This document shows, in pieces, positions 1 to 11,800 of a stretch of 64,000 nt of DNA. Origin of the DNA: Nemertoderma westbladi (taxonomy: Eukaryota; Animalia; Xenacoelomorpha); NCBI GenBank assembly GCA_032718475.1, contig JAUCBJ010003650.1:62001-126000 (forward strand), read 5' to 3'. A model generated the notes under the pieces. It was not told where the DNA came from. It was given only the letters and a program-made list of their open reading frames with translations, and did not search any database. The translations under genes and the position numbers were made by a program. How positions within the stretch are numbered: the first letter of the stretch is position 1; each line of letters begins with the position of its first letter.

Positions 1-1995
1 ATGGAGTAAGTATGTATGGAGTAAGTATGTATGGTGTGAGAATGTATGGAGTGAGTACGTATGGAGTGAGTATGTATGGAGTGAGTATGTATGGAGTGAG
101 TATGTATGGAGTGAGTATGTATGGAGTGAGTATGTATGGAGTGAGTATGTATGGAGTGAGTATGTATGGAGTAAGTATGTATGGAGTAAGTATGTATGGT
201 GTGAGAATGTATGGAGTGAGTACGTATGGAGTGAGTATGTATGGAGTGAGTATGTATGGAGTGAGTATGTATGGAGTGAGTATGTATGGAGTGAGTATGT
301 ATGGAGTGAGTATGTATGGAGTGAGTATGTATGGAGTGAGTATGTATGGAGTGAGTATGTATGGAGTGAGTATGTATGGAGTGAGTATGTATGGAGTGTG
401 TATGTATGGAGTGAGTATGTATGGAGTGAGTATGTATGGAGTGAGTATGTATGGAGTGAGTATGTATGGAGTGAGTATGTATGGATTGAGTATGTATGGA
501 GTGAGTATGTATGGAGTGAGTATGTATGGAGTGAGTGTGTATGGAGTGAGTATGTATGGAGTGGGTATGTATGGAGTGAGTATGTATGGAGAGAGTATGT
601 ATGGATTGAGTATGTATGGAGATAGTATGTATGGAGATAGTATGTATGGGGAGAGTATGTATGGATTGAGTATGTATGGAGTGAGTATATACTATGTATG
701 GAGTAAGTATGTATGGAGTGAGTATATACTATGTATGGAGTGAGTATGTATGGAGTGAGTATGTATGGAGGGAGATAGTATGTATGGAGAGAGTATGTAT
801 GGAGAGAGTATGTATGGAGTGAGTATGTATGGAGAGAGTATGTATGGAGTGAGTATATACTATGTATGGAGTGAGTATGTATGGAGTGAGTATGTATGGA
901 GATAGTATGTATGGAGAGATATGTATGGAGAGAGTATGTATGGAGTGAGTATGTATGGAGTGAGTATGTATGGAGTGAGTATGTATGGAGTGAGTATGTA
1001 TGGAGAGAGTATGTATGGAGAGAGTATGTATGGAGTGAGTATGTATGGAGTGAGTATGTATGGAGTGAGTATGTATGAAGTGAGTATATAGGGAGTGAGT
1101 ATGTATGGAGTGAGTATGTATGGAGTGAGTATGTATGGAGTGAGTATGTATGGAGGGAGGATGTATGGAGTGAGTATGTATGGAGTGAGTATATACTATG
1201 TATGGAGTAAGTATGTATGGAGTGAGTATGTATGGAGTGAGTATGGAGTGAGTATGTATGGAGTGAGTAGGTATGGAGTGAGTATGTATGGAGTGAGTAT
1301 GTATGGAGTGAGTATGTATGGAGTGAGAATGTAAGGAGTGAGTATGTATGGAGTGAGTATGTATGGAGTGAGTATGTATGGAGTGAGTATGTATGGAGTG
1401 AGTATGTATGGAGTGAGTATGTATGGAGTGAGTAAGTATGGAGTGAGTATGTATGGAGTGAGTATGTATGGAGTGAGTATGTATGGAGTGAGTATGTATG
1501 GAGTGAGTATGTATGGAGTGAGTATGTATGGAGTGAGTATGTATGGAGTGAGTATGTATGGAGTGAGTATGTATGGAGTGAGTATGTATGGAGTGAGTAT
1601 GTATGGAGTGAGTATGTATGGAGTGAGTATGTATGGAGTGAGTATGTATGGAGTGAGTATGTATGGAGTGAGTATGTATGGAGTGAGTATGTATGGAGTG
1701 AGTATGTATGGAGAGAGTATGTATGAAGTGAGTATGTATGGAGAGAGTATGTATGGAGTGAGTATGTATGGAGTGAGTATGTATGGAGTGAGTATGTATG
1801 GAGTGAGTATGTATGGAGTGAGTATGTATGGAGTGAGTATGTATGGAGTGAGTATGTATGGAGTGAGTATGTATGGAGTGAGTATGTATGGAGTAAGTAT
1901 GTATGGAGTGAGTATGTATGAAATGAGTATGTATGGAGAGAGTATGTATGGAGTGAGTATGTATGGAGTGAGTATGTATCGAGTGAGTATGTATG
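1..1995. repeat. 15-bp satellite (GTATGGAGTGAGTAT)n, more than 130 copies, inside NF-kB intron 2; runs off the window edge
   Basis: Directly visible tandem 15-mer with point variants (GTAAGT, GAGAGT) and occasional 18-bp variants containing ATATACTAT. Confidence 0.98.
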
Positions 1996-2568
1996 TGTAA
2001 CGGGATCTCGGTTGGCGAGAGATCCTGACCGGTTGACTTGATGGTGGCTGTTCCTACGCGCACGATGGCTGACTGATAGATGGACTGACTTGGCCGTAGG
2101 CCAGTGAATAAAAAGTTTATCTGTTAAACTTTGCTGTTGTTAATAGATTGACTATAGACTGATGAGTAGTTACCGGTAGTGATAATAGCACAGCGTAGCG
2201 GTGGAAACTATTTCACCTCTACCATAATGAGTAAAATGCCATTGCCATCTGGTTGCACAATCAAAGACCGGTAATATATATAGGGGGAAATGCTAGGCTG
2301 ACACGTTGTTGGCCCTCCAATCGATACACTTCTAAAACCCTGACATGTGCTGACCTCCCATTGGCCAGTTGACCACGCCCTGTTCCTGCCTCCCTTAGGC
2401 CCTTAGTTAGCCTATGTACCCTGGGATGGATGGTTAATCCACTGCCCAGTTGGTTCTAATGCATCATCCTCTTACTGCTATGCCCTGTAGGATAGATAAC
2501 TTAGTAGCCAATGTGATAAATTGGCTCCTCCCATTTTGTGGTTGGAATGCATAGCGGATCCGCTAACA
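1996..2568. mobile_element. Probable solo LTR (573 bp) inserted in the 15-bp satellite
   Basis: Unique sequence with TGT...ACA ends (TGTAAC...CTAACA), flanked by 5-bp direct repeats GTATG (1991-1995 and 2569-2573). Internal TATA-like run near 2273-2282. No coding homology recognised. Confidence 0.7.
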
Positions 2569-2658
2569 GTATGTGTCTGTATGGAGTGAGTATGTATGGG
2601 GTGAGTATGTATGGGGTGAGTATGTTTTGAGTGAGTATATATGGAGTGACTATATGGA
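2569..2658. repeat. Degenerate edge copies of the 15-bp satellite, starting directly at the exon 2 donor
   Basis: GTATGGAGTGAGTAT / GTATGGGGTGAGTAT copies between the insertion and the GTTAGT donor at 2663-2658. Confidence 0.9.
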
Positions 2659-2663
2659 CTAAC

Positions 2664-2812
2664 CTTCTCACAAAGTAAGAATATCTCAGCATTACCGCTC
2701 ACCGGGCTTTCTGATTTATTGAGACGGACTATTTTCAAAGGGTTGGAAATACTTGACTTCGCATCGTATATTGGGTGGGAGTAGATGGGAGGGACTGGTA
2801 CAGCAAACTCAC
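2664..2812 (-). CDS. NFKB: NF-kB coding exon 2 (RHD linker and start of IPT/dimerisation domain); gene continues beyond the left window edge
   Basis: 149 nt between acceptor TTGTAG| (2813) and donor |GTTAGT (2663). Joins exon 1 in phase to give DPTT-G-EFAVPVPPIYSHPIYDAKSSISNPLKIVRLNKSESPVSGNAEIFLLCEK, colinear with p50 [54 protein letters not shown]. Confidence 0.92.
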
Positions 2813-5800
2813 CTACAATAGATAAAGTTAAAGTATATTGGGTGGGAGTAGATGGGAGGGACTGGTACAGCAAACTCACCTACAATAGATAAAGTTAAAG
2901 TATATTGGGTAGGAGTAGATGGGTGGGTCTGGTACAGCAAACTCACCTACAATAGATAAAGTTAAAGTAAATTGGGTGGGAGTAGATGGGAGGGACTGGT
3001 ACAGCAAACTCACCTACAATAGATAAAGTTAAAGTATATTGGGTAGGAGTATATGGGAGGGACTGGTACAGCAAACTCACCTACAATAGATAAAGTTAAA
3101 GTTATTGGGTAGGAGTAGATGGGAGGGACTGGTACAGCAAACTCACCTACAAAAGGGAGATAAAGTTAAAGCATATTGGGTAGGAGTAGATGGGAGGGAC
3201 TGGTACAGCAAACTCACCTACAATAGATAAAGTTAAAGTATATTGGGTAGGAGTAGATGGGAGGGACTGGTACAGCAAACTCACCTACAATAGATAAAGT
3301 TAAAGTATATTGGGTAGGAGTAGATGGGAGGGACTGGTACAGCAAACTCACCTACAATATATAAAGTTAAATTATATTGGGTGGGAGTAGATGGGAGGGA
3401 CTGGTACAGCAAACTCACCTACAATAGGGAGATAAAGTTTAAGTATATTGGGTAGGAGTAGATGGGAGGGACTGGTACAGCAAACTCACCTACAATATAT
3501 AAAGTTAAATTATATTGGGTGGGAGTAGATGGGAGGGACTGGTACAGCAAACTCACCTACAATAGGGAGATAAAGTTAAAGTATATTGGGTAGGAGTAGA
3601 TGGGAGGGACTGGTACAGCAAACTCACCTACAATAGATAAAGTTAAAGTATATTGGGTAGGAGTAGATGGGAGGGACTGGTACAGCAAACTCACCTACAA
3701 TAGGGAGATAACAGATAAAGTTAAAGTATATTGGGTAGGAGTAGATGGGAGGGACTGGTACAGCAAACTCACCTACAATAGATAAAGTTAAAGTATATTG
3801 GGTAGGAGTAGATGGGAGGGACTGGTACAGCAAACTCACCTACAATAGGGAGATAACAGATAAAGTTAAAGTATATTGGGTAGGAGTAGATGGGAGGGAC
3901 TGGTACAGCAAACTCACCTACAATAGGGAGATAAAGTTAAAGTATATTGGGTAGGAGTAGATGGGAGGGACTGGTACAGCAAACTCACCTACAATATATA
4001 AAGTTAAATTATATTGGGTGGGAGTAGATGGGAGGGACTGGTACAGCAAACTCACCTACAATAGATAAAGTTAAAGTATATTGGGTAGGAGTAGATGGGA
4101 GGGACTGGTACAGCAAACTCACCTACAATAGGGAGATAAAGTTAAAGTATATTGGGTAGGAGTAGATGGGAGGGACTGGTACAGCAAACTCACCTACAAT
4201 AGATAAAGTTAAAGTATATTGGGTAGGAGTAGATGGGTGGGACTGGTACAGCAAACTCACCTACAATAGATAAAGTTAAAGTATATTGGGTAGGAGTAGA
4301 TGGGAGGGACTGGTACAGCAAACTCACCTACAATAGATAAAGTTAAAGTATATTGGGTAGGAGTAGATGGGAGGGACTGGTACAGCAAACTCACCTACAA
4401 TAGGGAGATAACAGATAAAGTTAAAGTATATTGGGTAGGAGTAGATGGGAGGGACTGGTACAGCAAACTCACCTACAATAGGGAGATAACAGATAAAGTT
4501 AAAGTATATTGGGTAGGAGTAGATGGGAGGGACTGGTACAGCAAACTCACCTACAATAGGGAGATAAAGTTAAAGTATATTGGGTGGGAGTAGATGGGAG
4601 GGACTGGTACAGCAAACTCACCTACAATAGATAAAGTTAAAGTATATTGGGTAGGAGTAGATGGGAGGGACTGGTACAGCAAACTCACCTACAATAGGGA
4701 GATAACAGATAAAGTTAAAGTATATTGGGTAGGAGTAGATGGGAGGGACTGGTACAGCAAACTCACCTACAATAGGGAGATAAAGTTAAAGTATATTGGG
4801 TAGGAGTAGATGGGTGGGACTGGTACAGCAAACTCACCTACAATAGGGAGATAAAGTTAAAGTATATTGGGTAGGAGTAGATGGGAGGGACTGGTACAGC
4901 AAACTCACCTACAATAGATAAAGTTAAAGTATATTGGGTAGGAGTAGATGGGAGGGACTGGTACAGCAAACTCACCTACAATAGGGAGATAAAGTTAAAG
5001 TATATTGGGTAGGAGTAGATGGGTGGGACTGGTACAGCAAACTCACCTACAATAGGGAGATAAAGTTAAAGTATATTGGGTAGGAGTAGATGGGAGGGAC
5101 TGGTACAGCAAACTCACCTACAATATATAAAGTTAAATTATATTGGGTGGGAGTAGATGGGAGGGACTGGTACAGCAAACTCACCTACAATAGATAAAGT
5201 TAAAGTATATTGGGTAGGAGTAGATGGGAGGGACTGGTACAGCAAACTCACCTACAATAGGGAGATAAAGTTAAAGTATATTGGGTAGGAGTAGATGGGT
5301 GGGACTGGTACAGCAAACTCACCTACAATAGGGAGATAAAGTTAAAGTATATTGGGTAGGAGTAGATGGGAGGGACTGGTACAGCAAACTCACCTACAAT
5401 ATATAAAGTTAAATTATATTGGGTGGGAGTAGATGGGAGGGACTGGTACAGCAAACTCACCTACAATAGATAAAGTTAAAGTATATTGGGTAGGAGTAGA
5501 TGGGAGGGACTGGTACAGCAAACTCACCTACAATAGATAAAGTTAAAGTATATTGGGTAGGAGTAGATGGGAGGGACTGGTACAGCAAACTCACCTACAA
5601 TAGGGAGATAAAGTTAAAGTATATTGGGTAGGAGTAGATGGGAGGGACTGGTACAGCAAACTCACCTACAATATATAAAGTTAAATTATATTGGGTGGGA
5701 GTAGATGGGAGGGACTGGTACAGCAAACTCACCTACAATAGATAAAGTTAAAGTATATTGTGTGGGAGTAGATGGGAGGGACTGGTACAGCAAACTCACC

Positions 5801-8800
5801 TACAATAGATAAAGTTAAAGTATATTGGGTAGGAGTAGATGGGAGGGACTGGTACAGCAAACTCACCTACAATAGATAAAGTTTAAAGTATATTGGGTGG
5901 GAGTAGATGGGAGGGACTGGTACAGCAAACTCACCTACAATAGATAAAGTTAAAGTATATTGGGTAGGAGTAGATGGGAGGGACTGGTACAGCAAACTCA
6001 CCTACAATAGATAAAGTTAAAGTATATTGGGTAGGAGTAGATGGGAGGGACTGGTACAGCAAACTCACCTACAATAGATAAAGTTAAAGTATATTGGGTA
6101 GGAGTAGATGGGAGGGACTGGTACAGCAAACTCACCTACAATAGATAAAGTTAAAGTATATTGGGTAGGAGTAGATGGGAGGGACTGGTACAGCAAACTC
6201 ACCTACAATAGGGAGATAAAGTTAAAGTATATTGGGTAGGAGTAGATGGGAGGGACTGGTACAGCAAACTCACCTACAATAGATAAAGTTAAATTATATT
6301 GGGTGGGAGTAGATGGGAGGGACTGGTACAGCAAACTCACCTACAATAGATAAAGTTAAAGTATATTGGGTAGGAGTAGATGGGAGGGACTGGTACAGCA
6401 AACTCACCTACAATAGATAAAGTTAAAGTATATTGGGTAGGAGTAGATGGGAGGGACTGGTACAGCAAACTCACCTACAATAGGGAGATAAAGTTAAAGT
6501 ATATTGGGTAGGAGTAGATGGGAGGGACTGGTACAGCAAACTCACCTACAATATATAAAGTTAAATTATATTGGGTGGGAGTAGATGGGAGGGACTGGTA
6601 CAGCAAACTCACCTACAATATATAAAGTTAAATTATATTGGGTGGGAGTAGATGGGAGGGACTGGTACAGCAAACTCACCTACAATAGATAAAGTTAAAG
6701 TATATTGGGTAGGAGTAGATGGGAGGGACTGGTACAGCAAACTCACCTACAATATATAAAGTTAAATTATATTGGGTGGGAGTAGATGGGAGGGACTGGT
6801 ACAGCAAACTCACCTACAATAGGGAGATAAAGTTAAAGTATATTGGGTAGGAGTAGATGGGAGGGACTGGTACAGCAAACTCACCTACAATAGATAAAGT
6901 TAAAGTATATTGGGTAGGAGTAGATGGGAGGGACTGGTACAGCAAACTCACCTACAATAGATAAAGTTAAAGTATATTGGGTAGGAGTAGATGGGAGGGA
7001 CTGGTACAGCAAACTCACCTACAATAGGGAGATAAAGTTAAACTATATTGGGTAGGAGTAGATGGGTGGGACTGGTACAGCAAACTCACCTACAATAGGG
7101 AGATAAAGTTAAAGTATATTGGGTAGGAGTAGATGGGAGGGACTGGTACAGCAAACTCACCTACAATATATAAAGTTAAATTATATTGGGTGGGAGTAGA
7201 TGGGAGGGACTGGTACAGCAAACTCACCTACAATAGATAAAGTTAAAGTATATTGGGTAGGAGTAGATGGGAGGGACTGGTACAGCAAACTCACCTACAA
7301 TAGGGAGATAAAGTTAAAGTATATTGGGTAGGAGTAGATGGGAGGGACTGGTACAGCAAACTCACCTACAATAGATAAAGTTAAAGTATATTGGGTAGGA
7401 GTAGATGGGAGGGACTGGTACAGCAAACTCACCTACAATAGGGAGATAAAGTTAAAGTATATTGGGTAGGAGTAGATGGGTGGGACTGGTACAGCAAACT
7501 CACCTACAATAGGGAGATAAAGTTAAAGTATATTGGGTAGGAGTAGATGGGAGGGACTGGTACAGCAAACTCACCTACAATATATAAAGTTAAATTATAT
7601 TGGGTGGGAGTAGATGGGAGGGACTGGTACAGCAAACTCACCTACAATAGATAAAGTTAAAGTATATTGGGTAGGAGTAGATGGGAGGGACTGGTACAGC
7701 AAACTCACCTACAATAGGGAGATAAAGTTAAAGTATATTGGGTAGGAGTAGATGGGTGGGACTGGTACAGCAAACTCACCTACAATAGGGAGATAAAGTT
7801 AAAGTATATTGGGTAGGAGTAGATGGGAGGGACTGGTACAGCAAACTCACCTACAATATATAAAGTTAAATTATATTGGGTGGGAGTAGATGGGTGGGAC
7901 TGGTACAGCAAACTCACCTACAATAGATAAAGTTAAAGTATATTGGGTAGGAGTAGATGGGAGGGACTGGTACAGCAAACTCACCTACAATAGGGAGATA
8001 AAGTTAAAGTATATTGGGTAGGAGTAGATGGGAGGGACTGGTACAGCAAACTCACCTACAATAGATAAAGTTAAAGTATATTGGGTAGGAGTAGATGGGA
8101 GGGACTGGTACAGCAAACTCACCTACAATAGATAAAGTTAAAGTATATTGGGTAGGAGTAGATGGGTGGGACTGGTACAGCAAACTCACCTACAATAGAT
8201 ATTAAGTTAAAGTATATTGGGTAGGAGTAGATGGGAGGGACTGGTACAGCAAACTCACCTACAATAGATAAAGTTAAAGTATATTGGGTAGGAGTAGATG
8301 GGTGGGACTGGTACAGCAAACTCACCTACAATAGATATTAAGTTAAAGTATATTGGGTAGGAGTAGATGGGTGGGACTGGTACAGCAAACTCACCTACAA
8401 TAGATATTAAGTTAAAGTATATTGGGTAGGAGTAGATGGGAGGGACTGGTACAGCAAACTCACCTACAATAGATAAAGTTAAAGTATATTGGGTAGGAGT
8501 AGATGGGAGGGACTGGTACAGCAAACTCACCTACAATAGATAAAGTTAAAGTATATTGGGTAGGAGTAGATGGGTGGGACTGGTACAGCAAACTCACCTA
8601 CAATAGATAAAGTTAAAGTATATTGGGTAGGAGTAGATGGGAGGGACTGGTACAGCAAACTCACCTACAATAGATAAAGTTAAACTATATTGGGTAGGAG
8701 TAGATGGGAGGGACTGGTACAGCAAACTAACCTACAATAGATAAAGTTAAAGTATATTGGGTAGGAGTAGATGGGAGGGACTGGTACAGCAAACTCACCT

Positions 8801-11800
8801 ACAATAGATAAAGTTAAACTATATTGGGTAGGAGTAGATGGGAGGGACTGGTACAGCAAACTAACCTACAATAGATATTAAGTTAAAGTATATTGGGTAG
8901 GAGTAGATGGGAGGGACTGGTACAGCAAACTCACCTACAATAGATAAAGTTAAAGTATATTGGGTAGGAGTAGATGGGAGGGACTGGTACAGCAAACTCA
9001 CCTACAATAGGGAGATAAAGTTAAAGTATATTGGGTAGGAGTAGATGGGTGGGACTGGTACAGCAAACTCACCTACAAAAGGGAGATAAAGTTAAAGTAT
9101 ATTGGGTAGGAGTAGATGGGAGGGACTGGTACAGCAAACTCACCTACAATAGGGAGATAAAGTTAAAGTATATTGGGTAGGAGTAGATGGGAGGGACTGG
9201 TACAGCAAACTCACCTACAATAGATAAAGTTAAACTATATTGGGTAGGAGTAGATGGGAGGGACTGGTACAGCAAACTCACCTACAATAGATAAAGTTAA
9301 AGTATATTGGGTAGGAGTAGATGGGAGGGACTGGTACAGCAAACTCACCTACAATAGATAAAGTTAAAGTATATTGGGTAGGAGTAAATGGGAGGGACTG
9401 GTACAGCAAACTCACCTACAATATATAAAGTTAAAGTATATTGGGTAGGATGTAGATGGGAGGGACTGGTACAGCAAACTCACCTACAATAGATAAAGTT
9501 AAAGTATATTGGGTAGGAGTAGATGGGAGGGACTGGTACAGCAAACTCACCTACAATAGATAAAGTTAAAGTATATTGGGTAGGAGTAGATGGGAGGGAC
9601 TGGTACAGCAAACTCACCTACAATAGGGAGATAAAGTTAAAGTATATTGGGTAGGAGTAGATGGGAGGGACTGGTACAGCAAACTCACCTACAATATATA
9701 AAGTTAAAGTATATTGGGTAGGAGTAGATGGGAGGGACTGGTACAGCAAACTCACCTACAATATATAAAGTTAAAGTATATTGGGTAGGATGTAGATGGG
9801 AGGGACTGGTACAGCAAACTCACCTACAATAGATAAAGTTTAAGTATATTGGGTAGGAGTAGATGGGAGGGACTGGTACAGCAAACTCACTTACAATAGA
9901 TAAAGTTAAAGTATATTGGGTAGGAGTAGATGGGAGGGACTGGTACAGCAAACTCACCTACAATATATAAAGTTAAAGTATATTGGGTAGGAGTAGATGG
10001 GAGGGACTGGTACAGCAAACTCACCTACAATAGATAAAGTTAAAGTATATTGGGTAGGATGTAGATGGGAGGGACTGGTACAGCAAACTCACCTACAATA
10101 GATAAAGTTTAAGTATATTGGGTAGGAGTAGATGGGAGGGACTGGTACAGCAAACTCACTTACAATAGATAAAGTTAAAGTATATTGGGTAGGAGTAGAT
10201 GGGAGGGACTGGTACAGCAAACTCACCTACAATAGATAAAGTTAAAGTATATTGGGTAGGAGTAGATGGGTGGGACTGGTACAGCAAACTCACCTACAAT
10301 AGATAAAGTTAAAGTATATTGGGTAGGAGTAGATGGGAGGGACTGGTACAGCAAACTCACTTACAATAGATAAAGTTAAAGTATATTGGGTAGGAGTAGA
10401 TGGGAGGGACTGGTACAGCAAACTCACTTACAATAGATAAAGTTAAAGTATATTGGGTAGGAGTAGATGGGAGGGACTGGTACAGCAAACTCACCTACAA
10501 TAGATAAAGTTAAAGTATATTGGGTAGGAGTAGATGGGAGGGACTGGTACAGCAAACTCACCTACAATAGGGAGATAAAGTTAAAGTATATTGGGTAGGA
10601 GTAGATGGGAGGGACTGGTACAGCAAACTCACCTACAATATATAAAGTTAAAGTATATTGGGTAGGAGTAGATGGGAGGGACTGGTACAGCAAACTCACC
10701 TACAATATATAAAGTTAAAGTATATTGGGTAGGATGTAGATGGGAGGGACTGGTACAGCAAACTCACCTACAATATATAAAGTTAAAGTATATTGGGTAG
10801 GAGTAGATGGGAGGGACTGGTACAGCAAACTCACCTACAATAGATAAAGTTTAAGTATATTGGGTAGGAGTAGATGGGAGGGACTGGTACAGCAAACTCA
10901 CTTACAATAGATAAAGTTAAAGTATATTGGGTAGGAGTAGATGGGAGGGACTGGTACAGCAAACTCACTTACAATAGATAAAGTTAAAGTATATTGGGTA
11001 GGAGTAGATGGGAGGGACTGGTACAGCAAACTCACTTACAATAGATAAAGTTAAAGTATATTGGGTAGGAGTAGATGGGAGGGACTGGTACAGCAAACTC
11101 ACCTACAATAGATAAAGTTAAAGTATATTGGGTAGGAGTAGATGGGAGGGACTGGTACAGCAAACTCACCTACAATAGGGAGATAAAGTTAAAGTATATT
11201 GGGTAGGAGTAGATGGGAGGGACTGGTACAGCAAACTCACCTACAATATATAAAGTTAAAGTATATTGGGTAGGAGTAGATGGGAGGGACTGGTACAGCA
11301 AACTCACCTACAATATATAAAGTTAAAGTATATTGGGTAGGATGTAGATGGGAGGGACTGGTACAGCAAACTCACCTACAATATATAAAGTTAAAGTATA
11401 TTGGGTAGGAGTAGATGGGAGGGACTGGTACAGCAAACTCACTTACAATAGATAAAGTTAAAGTATATTGGGTAGGAGTAGATGGGAGGGACTGGTACAG
11501 CAAACTCACCTACAATATATAAAGTTAAAGTATATTGGGTAGGAGTAGATGGGAGGGACTGGTACAGCAAACTCACCTACAATAGATAAAGTTAAAGTAT
11601 ATTGGGTAGGAGTAGATGGGAGGGACTGGTACAGCAAACTCACCTACAATAGATAAAGTTAAAGTATATTGGGTAGGAGTAGATGGGAGGGACTGGTACA
11701 GCAAACTCACCTACAATAGATAAAGTTAAAGTATATTGGGTAGGATGTAGATGGGAGGGACTGGTACAGCAAACTCACCTACAATATATAAAGTTAAAGT

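Noticed and set aside
1-2063. Long ORFs (MYGVS)n, (EYVWS)n and (IHTHS)n
   Set aside because: By-products of a 15-bp (3n) satellite lying in an intron, with no unique coding domain.
2000-2120. Possible NF-kB exon 3 (IYQSAIV resembles VHRQFAIV)
   Set aside because: Lacks the expected V.K.DI.(V/I)RF, W, and TP.Y motifs, and lies inside the LTR-like insertion.
2580-2800. Common origin of the 15-bp and 67-bp satellites (CATACTCACCCCATAC vs CTACTCCCACCCAATATAC)
   Set aside because: The resemblance is loose and explicable by shared C/A-rich composition.
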